From Phoronis australis (lineage: Eukaryota > Animalia > Phoronida), in assembly GCA_002633005.1 (NCBI GenBank), contig NMRA01000168.1, positions 251,129 to 315,128 on the forward strand: DNA of 64,000 nt. The letters are read 5' to 3'. Below the pieces are notes generated by a model. The model ran no database searches, was not told where the DNA came from, and saw only the letters and a program-made list of their open reading frames with translations. Numbering within the stretch: the first letter of the stretch is position 1; every line of letters begins with the position of its first letter. Positions 12,030-25,900 of the stretch are shown piece after piece. Both the position numbers and the translations under genes were made by a program.

Positions 12030-15000
12030 GGAAGAGTATTTATGTGTATGTTCAATTTAGCATGTGAATTATGTGTTTGTTGTTTATTGCAATTTAGGAT
12101 CGTGGGTTTCCTTAATGGAAGAAAAAGGTGCGGTGCTGTTGCGGATATCACCGTAGTGGACAATGTACAGAATAACATGATGTTTGGTGCACTTGTGCTA
12201 GAAAATGGTGAAGTGTTTTAGAATTGAAGCAGGGCAAACTCTTCATAAGAACTGTGCAGTTTTAGAACGTCCTGCAAAAAATACTCGATGGGAGTTTTCG
12301 TGCACGCCTTGGTGATAAATGATATAATTATAGTCGTGCTGCAACAAGAACAAGAGATAGTGAAATAAGTGTTGGTGTGGTCGGGCCGATGCAGTGAACA
12401 TGTTTTGTTTCAACAAGTAGTTTTGGTAGAGTAGTAATGTGCTTGTCTCTGTATAAGATCGCTTTTGCTAACTTTGAACTTGAGAAGCATAATTACCTGC
12501 ATAATTCATTTCCTGGTTCTGCCCTAAGTTATTTTCAGAGTTGAATTTACATCCATCCATTTGTAAGTACACACAATACAAAAAAGTTAAATGTCTTGAC
12601 AGAAATTTTTGAATTTTTTAAACACTAGTTTGGTTAATTTATGTCTTTTCTACTGTGACTCATCAAAACAAATCATTAGCCTTGACACACATGCCAACTT
12701 TCTGACATCTTTTATCAAAATTCTTTTGTAGTTTTTGACAACTTTTTCGGAGATTTTCCTGGGCATTTTAACCATAATTGCATCAAAAATGATTTCGCTG
12801 TCAGTATTTTATATGTCGCATTGAGCAATGTTTTTTTATTACAGCTATTTTCCAATGAACAAATGGAGGAAGGATTTTGAAAATAGTCAGTTAAAAGATA
12901 CAGTGGAAGACAAAAGTCATCAGACAAAATACCATCTTCCCGACATGACACCTAATTCTGTTCCACAAAACTGCCTGATAATAACTATTTGGGCGGCAAA
13001 ATTCTAATTACAGAATGTCTCAGCGACCTTCCTAACTTTCCTGTCAATTCCCCTTCATTCTCAGTCATCAGGGGAGATTACTCTGACAATGAGTTTGGCT
13101 GCCACTCAGCCGTCATGGTGAGGGAATTTTGGGTCATTTTGTCTGAATACTTTTGACTTGTACTGTAGCAAGTTGTATGGAAGTGTTGTGCATTTATCTG
13201 GGCTTTGTACAATATTTTTTTGTATATCTCAATTCAGGTGCCAGATCAATTGTCAAATTTGTATCATATGTGCAACTTCATGGCGCATTCGAGGCACCTG
13301 TGATTGATGCCCTGTCATGTCATGTAAATTTAGATTGAACTCGGGATCAATGGGCCAGGTCTTGTGGTGTAAGCACGCCTGGTGCACCGAAAAGCCAATG
13401 GCCTGCAGATGTAATAGTTGATGTGACTGTGTTGGACATATTGAATGGATAGACCCAAGGTTAAACATCCTTTAATTATGATTTGAGAAGTCACCTACGT
13501 GATAAATGAACCTCCTTAGATTAATGTGACAGCCTACCAGCAATGCCTTTTTCAAATAGAAAACTTAATAGATTTGCACCCAGATGACAACTTTGATATA
13601 TTAATGTGTCGATAGTTGCATTTTTGGTTAATTTGGCATATTTTAACTTAGTTGATTTCTATAAAAATGAAATTAATGAAAATACTCAGTACGCAAACTA
13701 GATTATTGACATAATGACTGTAGTAAACAAATTTCTTACAGTCCGAGTTAGCTGCACCCTCTTGCTTTTCTGTTTTTACAACCTTGCTCAATAGCAGAGT
13801 CAAGTCATCAATTTTCAGTCCCAGCTTTGGCAAGACGGTGACTTTGAGTTGAGTGATGATGAGAACGACAGGTCTCCCTTTTACAATGAATGTCCTTGGA
13901 TATCAGTTTAAGTCAGCATATACGGACACTGAGTACAGTGAATGGCTAACAGCTGTTTCCTCCGTGGATCATGTCTCGGAAATGTATGGAACAGAATCCA
14001 TTGATCCACATGACGTGGTGCATCCCAGTTCATAAGTATAGGTCTGTCCTCAGTTGACGTCTCCTGTATCGTTCAGGTAGAAAAATTCATTGCATGACTG
14101 GCCTGTATTTTAAAATGTCTTGGCACTGCTCGGTTGGTTAACAAAGGAGGAACAATGCATTGTACATCCAATGCAGATATTTGCCATTTTTTGCCTATTT
14201 CTTGGTGTCTGCACTGCATGGCAGTGGTGAATTACAGAATAATTGGGATGTGAGATAGTGACTTGTACATGTGATTGTGCAAAAGCATGGTAGGTGCTTG
14301 TCACGTGCATTGCATTGTGGGTAAATAACTTACAATGAGAGTGTCGGTCTCTGCAATTTTAGGATGTGTTTATTTGACTTGAGCAGTGATGCCAGAAACA
14401 GTGATTAAACTAAAACCAGCGATTTGGGCGACCTGACACTGTTCGTTTTGTGTGACGCGTTCACAGAATCACTCTTCTACTTGAAAGAATTATTTTTGTC
14501 AATTTTGTTGTATTTAAATTGACTTGAAAGTGAACAATGGGTTTCAGCATATGTAAAACATGCCAAATTTGCCAAAAACGTCTTCAAAAATATTACATTC
14601 CCTTTTACATAAAATTACAGCAGTGTATTTGTGCTCTTTTTCCTGAAAGCATAATTAGAGTCAGAGGTAATATTTGATTCTGATCTGATTGCCCATCTTG
14701 ACACTTGTGGTGTTTGTGTTTACGAAAAATAACAATTCTTGTATTATGATTTAGTAAGGAGTACACATCTGTGACATTGATCTGAATATTTTTATACAAA
14801 AACATAAAAAAGCACATGACCACATCACTTTTTGAAAAATTTCAGACCAGCATGTCATGTTTGACCTTGGGATTCTTCATCGAGTTTTAGTGGGCATTGA
14901 CAAAATGTACTTTCTGCTGAGTTGAAGCATTTCTAGTTGAATGCAAATTGTGCCTGTGACTATTTTAAATACTAATAACTGTTCTCATTGTGTCATAATA

Positions 15001-16908
15001 CTTGCATAATAAATGTTTCTATATACATGTATTGTAAAGTTACAATTCATTGTTTTGCCAAAAATTCTTGGAAGACAAATCTCACCAACTGTTAACTTGG
15101 GTCTTAGTTAAAGATTTTGATCGTCTCAGATAAAATGCAGCAATTTGTTGTGTTCTTTGGGAACACTATAGAAATTCCTGCAATTTGTTTTTGCCATCTA
15201 GGTTGCAATCATAATTTTTTGTTTTCTTGTTCACAGGACACATTTTTGTACACATCATTTGCATGCGCATTTCCCATTGTCTCGAGACCGTCATTTTTGA
15301 TTGAAAGTGGACAAAAGATGGTGCTGCGGAGGACATTTTTTATTGTTGTCTTTGCACACACCTTTCTGAAATTTGGTGTTTGATTTGAATAGATCTCAGT
15401 CGCAATATGAAGTATGTTGTTCATTTTTACTAGGACTTTAGCTTTCCCAAGTAACCAAGATTTTCTGATGACTGCTCTTTTTTTACCGATTCCACGCTAC
15501 GCCTTCAGTTCCCCATCTACTGTATCTTAAGGCAGATGTAAACTGGAGTTCCATCCAATAAGACAACTTTTGATGCAAATTACTTACTGCAGCTATAAAA
15601 TTGGTCTCAACTCATTCCATACTGGAATGGGATGTGATTTCTAGCCTTGCAAAGACCCCACAGTTCATTATTCCTAGAGGCCATGTTCCTTTTACAAAAT
15701 GACGTGACATGATAAGCCGACTGGTCTCGAGTAATAATGAACAGTGGGTTCTGTCGAAGCCGTAGAATCACTTTCATTTTCAGTGACACAAAATCGGTAG
15801 TTATTCAAATACGACCCGATTTGCCCCAAGAATCTTTTTAAATTTGTTGTCACCTGACGTTTGGGCAGCATTTGAAATTCCACAGCCTTCCCAGTCGGCA
15901 GTCATAGTACCACGTTTTAGCGTAAAATTAGAAAAATGTACATTTGTAGCATAACAACTATAACAAAAACATAAACTATCTGAAACATATGTTCAATTGG
16001 AAATTTCAAAAATGCTGTTACGGTTAAATTTCAAGATAACTGTTTCATTTTATGGAACTTCATTCTTTACATAAAAATCCTAAATGGCTCATTTTTGATA
16101 GCCCCTCATCCACATGAGAAACAATTAGAGTTTAGAAAAAGTACATAGAACATAATATCAGAAAGTTTCATTTGACACCGGCAGGCTATTTCTGAGATTC
16201 GATGTTCCGAAGGTAGCCAAATTTGGAATTTTTAGGGCTACAAAATTTTGGAAGTTCTTCATCACCAGGCTTGGTTGGTACATTGATCCAAAATTTTGGC
16301 ATATTGATACTCAAGTTTGAAATTTTGGTTCAGCCCACAATGACCTGACAAGCATCAGGAATCTAGCATAGACTGATTAATTTTATGAAATATAAAATAC
16401 AAAGACATCTCTATGCTTTATTAGAGAAATCAACGATAAATTAACATAATATCTACAAACTAAGACAAATATTAAACATGCAAGATCTGGACCTCATGAA
16501 GTATTACGGCACTCCATAGGGTAGAAAATGTGTTGCAAATAATAACCATATATCAAAAATAATACTGCACGCCAGTTTTCAGCGATATTGCAATGTCTGT
16601 TCATAATCCGTGGTTGTGCTTTAAAATGAAACCTTTTATTCATGTAAACAGGAAGCTCTGTTCCCATACTTGCGGAGACGTACTGAAAGTCACCAAACCA
16701 AGACAGCCTTTGACATCATTAACAGAAGTCTACTACAACAATAAAATGGCCGATTGCATTGGCTGACTTAACCAAGCTTAAATTAATCATCAACCTTAGT
16801 AAAGTTCTTTCACGTTTCATTAAATAACTTTTTAACTGTCTATTTACAACCCCTAAAAGCATATATTTTTCGACTCCTCGATCACGGAGAAATCTTTATT
16901 CATCACTG

Positions 16909-19900
16909 TTACTGGTTTGTAGTGCTCTCTGTCTCACTGTCTGAAGAGTCTTCGTCTTCTGAGAACAATTTCATCAAGGATTGAAATCTGTCCGACACCT
17001 GAAGTATAACAATGGACAACACTCAGGAGAATAATGCACAATGCCAGTCACAGAACACTATTGGCATCACAGTTTTCACAGTTGGCACTGCAACAATACA
17101 TGCATAATGACAGTGTAAATGCGTGTGCTATGTGTGAGGTGTGCGCGTGTCGCCATGGTTGACTGTTGATAAAATGGCAGGCTCAAAAGAGTAAACAATG
17201 CCTGATTAGCACTTCACAATAGTTGCACTTGAAGACTGCTAAAGCTATGTGCTGAGAGAGGGTTGCCTTGGGACACCTTGCTCACGATCAGCTGAGTGTA
17301 CAGACAGCATACCTGCAACAGGTGTTAACATGGAAGTGATCGAAACAAATTTGTGCTTTGCCTGTTTAGTAGGAGGAAAGTGCCCACATTATGGCAGTAC
17401 TAAAACTTTTATTATTATTATTTAATGCACTCTACTAGTCAACAGAACTTCTTTCGGAGTTTACAATGAAATGCAAACCTCAACTCATCAAACGTAAATC
17501 TATGAAAACGTAATCCGCCTCCTTTCAAAAAAGACCACAAGGATACACTAACTATAAAGAAGCTAAGACCCGTGGTCAAATTAATATCAGGGAATGCTTG
17601 GCTGATCAAGCCAACTGAATTCTTACCCGATGCCTAAAATGATCGGGCGAATTTTTACTGGATAATATGATCATTTAGATCGATCAGATTGCATCAGTGA
17701 GAACCATTCAAGCTTGTCCATTACACGAGGTTTACAAAAGCTGTAAACCCTTGTTCCATCAAATAAAAAAACTTTTAATCTAGACCACATACCGTCACAA
17801 AACTGGTCTCAATTTAATCTTCTCTCAAACAAGAAGTGATTTCTAGGCTTGGGAATAATGGACGGTTCATTACAAATACTGCTTTAGACAAAGTACATAT
17901 GATCAAACTGCTTTAGACAATGTACATATGATCAAACTGCTTTAGACAATGTACATATGATCAAACTGCTTTAGACAATGTACATATGATCAAACCCAAG
18001 TCAACTTGTAGAGCCTGGTCTCATATAACAACTAAATATCAGCTCTGTCCATGCATGGAAAACACAGATAATCTAGAACAAGTCGAGACAAATTTAAAAA
18101 CATTTTAACTCATCTAAAACAAAATTGTTGATGTAAGGTGGGATTGTAGCAACTAGAAGAAATTTTAAAACCTTGTACATGTAACACACAAAACTGAAGC
18201 AGATCTTTCATGAACAGTACCTGTTGTGTTGTTCGTTGGCCGAGAGATGCAGCTATGGTCTGAAAGGTATCAAAGCTCGCACCATTCTCTTTACATTGCT
18301 CTAGAATAATTTTGTCCTCGTCCCTGAAACAGAGAAAATACTTAGACCTCGCTTCACAATACGCTGAAGCCAGCGAAATAAATGTGCATTCTCTTTTTTT
18401 AATGTAATATTTACAATGAGGGTAGCCCTATCAGTTCACACTGCTTTCCATGGAGGCCCTCAGATAGTAAGACAAAAAAATTAAAACTGCCTTGAGTAAG
18501 GTGTATGTTTGCTGGAGATTGGAGAGCATACATACGAGATCTTTTGGATTTAAATATACCTTATGCAACATTTAAGCATGAGTAACAACGAAAATTGGAT
18601 AGATTTATCAATTAAACATTACCTTGTCCAAGGGAATTCCAGCAATGCACACTGGGAATCTGATGAGTACAGATCGGCCCCAATCTTTTCATGCAACTGG
18701 CTCTGACGAGAAGACCTGCTGCTGGCAGATGAGTCTTTACCTTCTCCAGTAGGTGGCACTGGCAACTCAAATCCTTTGCTTTCCGATTCTGATCCACTTT
18801 CTGATGTGTCTTCATCTTCTGAGAACATGTTCATCAATGATTGAAATCTGTCAGACACCTGAATTTAAGAAGCATGTCAGATTAGTAATTCTTTTTACAG
18901 CAGCTTAGCCAAAACACAACAGATAAAAATTAACAATTTCTTCAGAAACCTCTCGTTCACCATCTGTCCAATAAATGGTGTTAAAAAACCTTCATTATTT
19001 AATGGTCTCTTATCGGTCAACAGAAAATCTTGCAACAAGCAAAGCCCAATTCAACAGTTCTTTCACAGAGAATACCAACACAATGACATGCCAGACAAAG
19101 TTTTGTGCATGTGCAGTACCTGTTGTGTTGTTCGTTGCTCAAGAGATGCAGCTATGGTCTGAAAGGTATCAAAGCTCGATCCATTCTGTTTACATTGCTC
19201 AAGAATAATTTTGTCCTCACTCCTGAAATAACAGGCAAAATAATTAAACCTTGCTCGGCAATATAGTAAATCCATTAAAATACATGTCCACTTTCTCATG
19301 CCCGTCTTGTTTGAAGGGTCTGTTTGCAGGAGATTTGAGGTCCTACTCTTCTCAGAAACTCAAGGAAATACATACAATTTGCTAAATATTGAACCAATAT
19401 TTTAGACTTCAATGACGACTGACATGACAAATTCCCATAATTGGCAGTCAACAGCAAGTGTGACCAGAAATTGTTAGCTTGGGAACTGTTGGTGAAAAAT
19501 GTCTTCTATATCAGAGATAAATCATTTCGACTCACTGTTAACGGTAAAGTGCACTACAAACAATCTACCCAGGAGGATGCAAGCAGAATTGTCATAACTG
19601 CCGCTCATGATGGACCGTAATTCAACAGAAAGTTGTGAAAACATCATTTCTATAATAACAATTTTGTTCTAAAAATGAGTCATTCCCAGACCTTTGTACC
19701 ACCAAAACTGCATTTGAGCACACTGGACACCAGAGTTCCAGATTTTTCAGTAAATTTGCAGATTTTCGGGTAAAATCAAATGTTGAAAATTCGAACTTTT
19801 CAGCATTTCAGAATATTGAAACTGTTTAGTAGGTACTTTTCCCAGTTATTTATACTTTTGAAACAATTTAACACACATGGTGTTTATTTGACCTCCAATT

Positions 19901-22900
19901 TTCAGTTATCTTGTAATATCCAGAATGAATCGGAGCAAATTTCCGACTTCGCAGCTCACACAGTTTAGTAAAATAATATGAAAATACATTTTTAATTTCT
20001 AATTTAAAATCTTCCATTTCTACTAATAGCTTTTCACTAAGAGAGCAACAACTCGGTAAATAATCTGCTTCGAATTTGCTCATTATTGCCTAGTCTTGTG
20101 TATTTTGCGTACAACAAGCCAATTTCCAAAAGAATCCGCATTTTTGCATATGGTTCATGGGTATGCATTTCCCATCACTTTTGATGGAATCTCGTCAGAT
20201 TTCTTCTTTGACGTTTAATGTAACAGTTGAACCTGAACAACAATGACAAGATTTAAGAAAGATTTGTCAACAAGAGTTACCTAGTCCAAGGAAATTCCAG
20301 CAATGCGTTCTGGGAATTTGACGAGTACAGCGCGCCACCAATCTCATCATGTAACTGACTCCGACATTCACCGGGTGATGGGTCTTTGCCTTCCTCAATA
20401 GATTGCAGTGGCAAGTCAAATCCATTGCTGCCTGAACATTTCTCTGATTGCACATCTGTAACATGTTGTCTCATCTTTTCACCGTTCAAATTCAACACTT
20501 CATCACCAGGAGTTTCTTGAAGTTCTAATACATCTAATGTGCCAAGCTCTGATGAGACGACAGGCGATAAGTTTGCTGCTGACAATGTTGTTATAGACTT
20601 GTTTTCTGACAGTCTGCCAACTACACCAAGGACCATCTCACTCTCAGCAGATTTGGTGACTTTCTTTGATCCTGGAATAGTTGAATGAAGAAGACCTGTA
20701 CCTATAATGACAGCTGTGACTACCAAAAACCTTCAGCATAGACATGGATTGGATACCACCACAAAAACCAATTTAAGAGGTGGTGTGCTTATTAAAAGCT
20801 CCTTATGGAGACGGTACAGCATGAATATTGTTTTTGCCAACTGTCACCATAAAACTCAAGTAATAGCAGGTTAACTCAATCAATTTCTCTTACTACTCAA
20901 TTAATTGTAATCAAATCAGCCATGCTTAGTGTTTGGTGTCAGTCAGCAGTGACTCACAGAATTAGTGACAGCAAACAGTTTCACAGATGTACAGACGTAC
21001 AGCTTTGCTAACACAAACACCTGTTTGTAATGGTCAGTGTAGGGAGGCCCAAAAATGTTCACAAAATTGTATGAAATATGAGCACCTGGGCCTGGACCAC
21101 CAAACGTTGCTCGAGACTCCACTCAAAAATTGACCAATCACGTGTCTCACATAGCGTATTTTTTCACTTCACGCGATGTGATTGGTCAATTATCCAGTAG
21201 AGTCTTGAGTAAATTTTGGTGATCGCGGGCCCTGAAAATGGTTTTACTGAAAACTAACAGTATTCGTCTTATTCCAGAAAGTCCAAAATTCATTTTGCAA
21301 GGCATACAAGTTTGGAAAAATACACAGTTTGTTATCATTGCAGAAAGAAGACAAATTTTATCAGACTAAGCACAACTGATATTCTTAGGCCTGTCCAAGC
21401 TTTACAGAGCGACCACTTCTACTCTGATTACAGTTTTCTTTGCTCAGTGTCCAATTCTTATAACATTGGTCTCGTAAAATTTCTCACCATGGTAGGATTC
21501 CATTTCTGTTACAAACTCACTCAAGTCACAAAACACTGCATACCAATTGAAAATTTTAGGGCTGCCAAACCCCAATAGTGAGAAGCATTTTCTTGATTCT
21601 CTGATGGTTTCAATGATCTTGTTGGAAAAGGGATAATCCTCATTTACAGAGGTCTCACATTTTGAGAACCGTTTTGCTTCACTGAATAACAAGCTTCAAA
21701 CTGGTTCTTAAAATGTGGGACTCCATTAAGTGACTATAGTTGGAAACGGAAATATAATCTTATCATGATAAGGAATGTTAGGCGAGTAAACAGCCTGATT
21801 AATTTTTTGTTTTTTAGCTGACTAAACAGGGTGAGGCCCAATATGGAAGCCTCACGTTAACAACCATAGCATAGAAGAAAGCACGTCATATATCTAAGCT
21901 ACATACCCAAATTGTCCACTGGACTCTCAGTAGCCACTTGGTCTAGAGATACAAACTGACCGCTGCCAATATGTTGGTCACTGCTGATCTGATACTGAAC
22001 AAAGGAATAAGACAACATTGATAACAAAAGTCCAGACTGCAGGCAACCACACTGGGAATATATTAGAAAATTATTAATCGACTCTGAAATAATACTGGTC
22101 AGTTTATAAGTTTATGATCTATCCAATTCACACAATAACATGTTTTATACCACATGTCATAATACAGATGTGCAATAACCAAAAAGAAGGAGAATAAAGT
22201 CAGCAAACAAATGTGGATTACATCTTCAATATATATTCAGCCTTGTGAAAATACAACTAAACATCTATTCACTATTTTATATAAATACAAAAATACATAT
22301 ATTCACTGTATATCATTTGCACAAAAAATTGAATGTGTACAGCTAGTTCGTTATCATTGGTAGCCTTTTTCTAAATGCTCACGAGTGACACAGGAGGTAA
22401 TCCTCAAAAATAATTGGTACTTGGGCCACTTCCAGTCTCTCCTAAATATTTTTAAATGACTGACTGACAAAGTGATACACACAATGAAAGCTGGTTAAAA
22501 AACAGCAGTGTTGTCCTGACCATCTTACTGAGCTTTCTCTCATAACTGCATGTATACCGTGAATATGAGGAAGTATACATTGAGAAAGACAATCAGTAAC
22601 ACTGTCATCAACTACATTCTCTATTGAAGTCTTGTTTGTCAGAGCTTAATTCAATTTTAACTTGGATAACCATCTCCAGGGTGAAAACCAATGTTTGTAA
22701 ATTACAGGCGAAAGTCACACATCGGTGGTTGTCTTAGAACAAAAACAACAGACCAAACAAAAAAGAAGGGATGCAGTCTGTAGCCCTAATTTCCTGTGAT
22801 AAACGCGAGATCATACAAGACTGCACAAAATAATGAGTGTGAAAGGCGAGTGTTTCAAGGGTTAAATTGAGACCCTACTACCATAGACTAGCAACATTGC

Positions 22901-25900
22901 TGCAACTGAAGTCATTGGTTGGCGAGTTTGGATGAAAGAATAATGGGACAAAGTTCTGACACAATTTCCGTTTCATAATAGAAGATTTCATGTTACACGA
23001 GTCTTGTATTTACGGAAAACAGCCCTCACTGAATGAAACCTCAGGGACTTTAAATATTGAATAATTTGATCTTCTCAAGGTGATTGATTGGTCTTTTCAG
23101 AAGTGAGTGGACATGAGCTGAGGATATTTTAACGGGCAGTGATAATGAATCTTACGGTTAAGTGATTGGAGTCCTTCTCAAATGCTTCTATTACTTCCGG
23201 GTCAGAGTCGTTGTTGAAATCGTCCGCAGCCTCTGGTGAAGAGACATTCATATTGTCTGGAGCTCCTTCTGGATAGACAATTTGAGCAGGACGCATGTTT
23301 TTGTCCGTGGATTGAATGTAGATTCGGCCACCGATAATCTGAAATACATACAAAAACTTTGAAAAATGTTTCCAAAAGATAATTCAGCCAGGTTCAGTAA
23401 GTTAGGCACATGATTTTCATCAAACTGATGCATTCAGCTAATTCAACAGAAATTTCCTACCAGCCAGTCAACTAGAAATGTCTCCCATGAGATCATTTCC
23501 AGTTGAGTGCAGACTATTTGAGTATCTATCATAATGAGGAATACAGGTTCTGCATCACGATGGTGAATTCAGGGTTACTTGTCTGAAAACTTTTAGCGTG
23601 TAGGCCAATCCATCATATGAACTAAGTCAAATGGTACTTACTGTCCAATTGAATGATTTTATAGAACCAGGTTTGCATAAGAAGTTTGACAACATATGTT
23701 GTAGGGCTCGATTTGGCAATTTGCAGGTCAGCCTAAGACTTCATCTGGCACCCTCGTAAAAATCCCAGGTTATCACAAAGTCACATGCAAAATTCGAGCA
23801 CATACTCAAAGTACTACAGGAAGTAAGCAGACGGAACATGTAACCGTTCGGCAACAATTGGAAGGGCTCCAATAGTGATCGTCTTCCTCAGGATGTGAGC
23901 CTGTGTGTGGAGTATTGCACCCAAGAGAGATAATTGGTGGTCACAGACTTTTCGAGCAAAAACAAAAACAGAGAAAAAATGCCACCTGGGCGATTTCACG
24001 TGCACTGAACAATGTTTCAAGGGTTCATCAACTTTTCAATTCATGTATTTCAATTTTGGCTCTTTGTCAACCAATGAAATTTGGTGACCTCAGTTCCCAT
24101 TTGGCAACCTTGGAATTTTTCAAGTTGACGTTATGCCGAGTGTCTAGCCTTGTGTTGCTAAGCATCGAGCCCCGTGTTGGTCTGCAGTTGAAATTCCCGT
24201 GGCTTTGAAACTGCAAGATTGAGTTGCTCAGCTCCCTGACTACTAACCTTAAGTCTGCATCGCTTGCAGTGTCGCTTGCGTTGAAGGTAGCGAGTGTTGG
24301 TCGTGTCATGACACTCACACTGACACCACACTGTGGCACAGTAGTTCTCCTCCTCAGGCAGACGGATGACCTCATAGCCATCCTGAACTTTGGTCTCCTC
24401 CTCTGAGAGGTCAAGTTCTTCATAGTCCGACACTGACCTAATTTAGAAATGAGAAGAGAGTGAGTGCTAATCAAAGATTATAGACAACAGATTTGCAACA
24501 TCAAGACTTTCTTCCGAAATATCCTAGAGGCGGCGCCACCCTCCTAAATTACCAATTTCAGTTTCCAGTTAGTGTATTGTGACAGGAAATTCTCGCATCT
24601 ATTTTTTCTCTCTAGAACAACCAACCACGCAACAGCCAACCATAATTAGCAGACGACGTACTTGCCGGAAGTAAAACTTGCTAATTTTGCCAGGTGTCGC
24701 TGGTGAATAATGACGTCACAGCTTATGCGTAAGATCACAGATTTCGTCCTTTGAAAATATACGAAGTTGGCAGTCCATGTACTATAGTCTATGGTGCTAA
24801 TGCAGTTGTTCACAAACACTCCACCACAAATGTGAACTTTTCTTATTCACCAGGGGCCTGTTTTAAAATAATACGCGTTTTTGAAAAAATAATAATCATG
24901 CAAATCCTTAAATCTCACAAGGTGCTAATAATTAGGTCAAGCCAAAGTCGCAATCTTGAATCTCAAATCAATCCACCCCAGTGGAAGACGCAGCCAATAA
25001 AATTGAGAAGTAACTTGTATGAGATACATCACTTTAAAATATGAGTCTCACACTGCCTGAGATAAGAGACCATAATTCTGTGTTACGAAAGACTACAAAT
25101 CATCCCAGGCTAGTGGTCTCTTCAATCTCTCTTAAAGTCACGAATAACTATCATAATGGAACTTTTGAGGAATAAGACGTACATAGAACTGCATACCATG
25201 CTTTTGGGCATGTTACTTGATAACATTTGTGTTCTAGTCAGGAAGGATTAATTACATGGCAGAGAGTAGTGAATAAGTATCAATCATGTTGGACACTCAG
25301 ATTCGCACCTAAGAGACTGGTGGGACACTGTTTACTGCAGTCTACAGAAAAGAACGCATACTGATCAGCATCTGTCAGCTGACTTGTTCCAATTGGTCTA
25401 TATTATTGTAAAACAGGACATTTGACTAGTAACCACACAGAAGTAATTGAACACGGAAAGAGGAACAAAGGTGAAATGATACTTCAGAATTATGATCAGA
25501 GCCCACTAGGAACGTGATCGAGATAAACGTATTTGAACCCTGAATGCTAATAAGCATTTGTTCCATGAAAATATCTGTTAACAAAAATGTCTCCTTCTAT
25601 GTTTCTACCTGTCCGGCGGTCTTTCCTGTGGGAAGATGGCCATGAACTGTTGAATGAGATGCTGCTGACCGCGCAGTAGAGGGATGACCGCTTCACGCAA
25701 CTGGTCGTTAGTCTTAACCGGGTTCGATTGCCATGTGGTGAACGCCTTTAGGATACGGCGGAAATAGTTGGGGTGCTTGCCAAAGTATACCTGGAGTGAG
25801 TGGTAGAATAACGAGATGGTACTGAGAGTTAGCAAGGATGTATGACTGGGACGTTCAATCAAGCGCAGCTAAGTACATGATCAAAGAAATATGTGATTCA

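Noticed and set aside
23814-24247. ORFs continuing past the GON4L exon 20 donor, or a cassette exon near 23820-23900
   Set aside because: No recognisable homology and weak splice sites; intron read-through cannot be supported without transcripts.
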